Below, one piece after another: positions 61,256 to 64,000 of a stretch of 64,000 nt of DNA (positions within the stretch are counted from its first letter, which is position 1; each line of letters opens with the position of its first letter). The translations under genes were made by a program, and so were the position numbers. Source of the stretch: Amoebophrya sp. A120 (taxonomy: Eukaryota > Protista > Dinoflagellata); NCBI GenBank assembly GCA_905178155.1, contig CAJINV010000001.1, positions 4,364,233-4,428,232 of the forward strand, in the 5' to 3' direction. The notes under the pieces were generated by a model. It worked only from the letters and a program-made list of their open reading frames with translations. It was not told the origin of the DNA and made no database searches.

Positions 61256-61314
61256 GCGAGTGCGAGGCCACCCGGGCACTCTTCGTCGTGGACGCGACCT
61301 CCTCGATCTTCATG
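61256..61314 (-). pseudogene. RUVBL1 5' relic, introner-bearing copy 2
   Basis: Identical to 59104-59162. Confidence 0.85.
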
Positions 61315-61524
61315 TATCACAAGAAAAAAGTGTTACAGTTACACATTGTGATGCAAGACCGGCAACAGAGACAACCTTTGTCATGCAGGAAATGCTTGGG
61401 AGCCTCGTTTCCTTCCTGTTTTCCCTTATGACCTTCGCATTACAAGTTTTCTCTGCCACACAAAGAAATTTGTGATGCACAAGCTCCAACAAATGTGTAA
61501 CTGTAACACTTTTTTCTCGTGATA
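61315..61524. mobile_element. Introner family F3, 210 bp (inverted relative to 28220 and 43714), at the RUVBL1-relic start codon
   Basis: F3 TIR. Perfect TSD TCATG at 61310-61314 and 61525-61529. Confidence 0.95.
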
Positions 61525-62441
61525 TCATGGTCGCTTTTTATAGTAAAGTACAAGTAGTTTTCTGATTGATAGTCGCCAGGATAAGGTCGTAGAAAGAGAA
61601 AGTGTTGCGGTCTATAGTTTCATCTGAGGGGAATTCGTTATCATATATATCAGACCGAATGAAAAAATATCAATTTATTGAGTCGTGCCGCGGCTGTGCT
61701 TCCTAGTAGTGTGGCTGTTGGTCTTGTCCTAAAAATCAGCACCGCGGAAGTAAATTCCGCTATATTGCTGGAATAGTTCCTTTCTCTACTAGCGGAGCCT
61801 AGGTTTACAGGTACAGCTTGTTTATTCTTCACAACCAGAACATCGTCATCTTCTCTCATTTGCCGCTCGCCACCTGATTGGGTTTTTGTTGGAAAAGGAA
61901 ACACTTTCTGGTCGTTGTCAAGAGAATCGATTAGTAAGTTCGTTGTGTCTACTTCGGGTAGAGGTCCTTCCCGCCGGCGGGTTCGATTTCCAAAGACCGC
62001 GCGAGGTAGTTCATCTCTGCGGAAAAATCAATCGCTTTCAATTTTCGAGCACTTCGTCCAATTTTCAGTGCTGGTTGCAAGAGATCAACCTCGTAGTCAT
62101 TCAATGTCGATCCTTGGCTTGGGTCGTGTAGTTGTAAGAGGGTCAAGCAGCTTGGCATTGGTCATCATCTTGATCCAGCATTACGTCGATGGTTTTGGTT
62201 TTTGTGAACGAGTATATTACTCCTGACCGTACGTGGACAGAAGGTTTCCGTGAACTTGCCTTTTGGATCGCAATGAGGCCGCAGCTCTGCCAGATTTCGG
62301 GCGATTCGCTTCGAAGTGCTGATCCAATTTTCGTGAGCAGGTGAGGTTGAAGTTGATGTGGTGCGTGAATTTTTTAGAGGTTACTTTCTGATGTACAACA
62401 TTTTCCGACACACCAAATCAATGTTTCTTGTCGACGTCCTC

Positions 62442-64000
62442 TCATCGTTTTCGTTCCCGACTTTTTCTATTTTTCCGACAGCCAGCACAAGAAAAGAAGC
62501 ACAGTGTCGCCGGCCCCAAATTTTTGCCCTCCTGGACCAGGTGCTGGCTCTGCAGTCGTTTTTTCCTTTTGATTTTCGTTTCCCAAGCAGCGTATGGCCA
62601 CACGCATTCATCCTGGCCGCTTCTCCGTCTCTGCACGAGATCGTCGACCTTGGTCCAAATGCAATGGGGTTTCTGCGTTTCGCGCTCTCCCTCTCCCTCT
62701 CGACGATGCGCGTCCCGGAATAAGCCGCTTCCGTAGGAGTTCTTACCCTCGTCTTGCTCTCCCTTGCTTTCCGCCGACCCGCTGCGCGGACGCAACTGCT
62801 TCCACCATGCTACAGGATCACACACACTCCGGATTTGTGCCCTGCTCGGGGATCGCTGCCGCGTACACTCGTCGCGGGACTACCGAGTAACTGGGGGTCA
62901 ACGTCTAGGTCGGCCTCCCGCGCGAGCTGTTCCGCAGCGTGCTGCAAGACAGTGTGCAACTCCGATTCTGTCAGAAATACCGCTCGCACGTCGTAAACAT
63001 ATATCAGTTGCAGCGGCTTTGCCTGTATGACCCGTCGAATCCTGCTGATGCCGTTCTGCGTCATCCCGAAAAGCTCCAGCAGCTCCGCGGCGTCTGCCCA
63101 CTGCACGGTCATCGGGCCAAGTGGAGGTTTGGAGCTGCTTTTCTTCCTCGGCGGTGCACCGGGTTCGGGAGCGAAATCTCGCCCGTCTCGGTAGACGACC
63201 TGCGTGTGATGAAGCAGAAAATTTCATACGGGGATAATTTCGAGCCAGAAACAGCTGCAACAGAAAAGATTGCCCAATATTTTTTCCTCACAAAACATTC
63301 GTGGCTGAGCAATCCGCATCAAAAATGAACTCAACTATTTACCCCAACTCGCCGCATCGCCATTTTCTGAAACAGTCTGCCAGAGTGGTGCGCGACGTAC
63401 TGATTTATGACTTGAGCCGGGTTGGCCGAACAGATCGCGGCGAGAAATTTCACTGTTTCAAACAGCTCTTCGACCGTCATGGAGGCGCTACCCACGGTTG
63501 TCATGATGAAATACAGCCGCGCCGCATCATCCTCGCTCAACGCGCCGCCGGTGATCTGCGCCAGAATCTCGCCCACGCTATCAAATGTAAAAATGTCTGG
63601 ATCTGGAAGGTTGCAACTTGTAATGCTAAATCTGCAGCATGCAAAAATCTGTGTTGCATGATTACCAAAAGTCGTCCAGTTTTGACCAAGTCGGGAGGGA
63701 GTTTCTCATGCAGGATGGGCATTTGAAAGGTCTCGCAGAATCTTTCGTGCTAGGTCCTGCATTCCAGACATCATAGGTCATGGAAAAGCAGCATGACAAA
63801 TCTCGCAATCTTCCAGACCCAGACATATTTGCGATTGATAGACGCGCAGCAGAGACAAATTCAAATCGCTGTACTTCACGTCTGGCGGAGTAGGTGGGAG
63901 CAGCAGTGTTGCGAGCCCGCGCTCGCAGAACAACTGAAACGCCCGACTGTCGCTCGACAAGAAGTCGTACAGCGAGCCTTGTTCTTCATCGGGGACCCAA
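62442..64000 (-). CDS. 3' part of a multi-exon hypothetical protein containing one introner
   Basis: SLLRV/GEILAQ joins in frame after removing 267 nt. Downstream exon boundaries uncertain. Confidence 0.55.
63579..63840. mobile_element. Introner family F1, 262 bp
   Basis: F1 TIR. TSD CACGC/GACGC (1 mismatch). Confidence 0.93.

Overview
Eukaryotic genomic DNA with about 20 recognisable protein genes, all on the minus strand. They include a Rab, an ABCB half-transporter, a USP20/33-like deubiquitinase, a ProX/YbaK deacylase, two MORN-repeat proteins, PDAP1, TMEM208, TRAPPC5, KRI1 and RUVBL1. The one-strand gene array and intron types resemble the parasitic dinoflagellate Amoebophrya; this is an inference, not a database result. 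The main signal is 15 TIR elements (205-306 bp, one 1603 bp) in 6 families. All have 5'-TAT...ATA-3' termini and a 5-bp target duplication (TSD). Thirteen lie in coding exons, where removing the element plus one TSD copy restores the reading frame, although no register gives GT-AG ends. They therefore behave as non-canonical introner introns alongside ordinary GT-AG introns. Inverted-repeat introners are known from Amoebophrya. The details worth following up are: (1) the same family occurs in both orientations; (2) two different families occupy the same base at duplicated RUVBL1 start codons, next to empty-site copies; (3) all families share a GCA(T/A)NACAA motif, spaced near multiples of 10 bp in at least one family; (4) there is a coding-strand ...ATA|C bias; (5) one introner carries a 1.35-kb cargo with a tyrosine-recombinase-like motif, flanked by a 16-bp direct repeat. 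All comparisons were made by eye.
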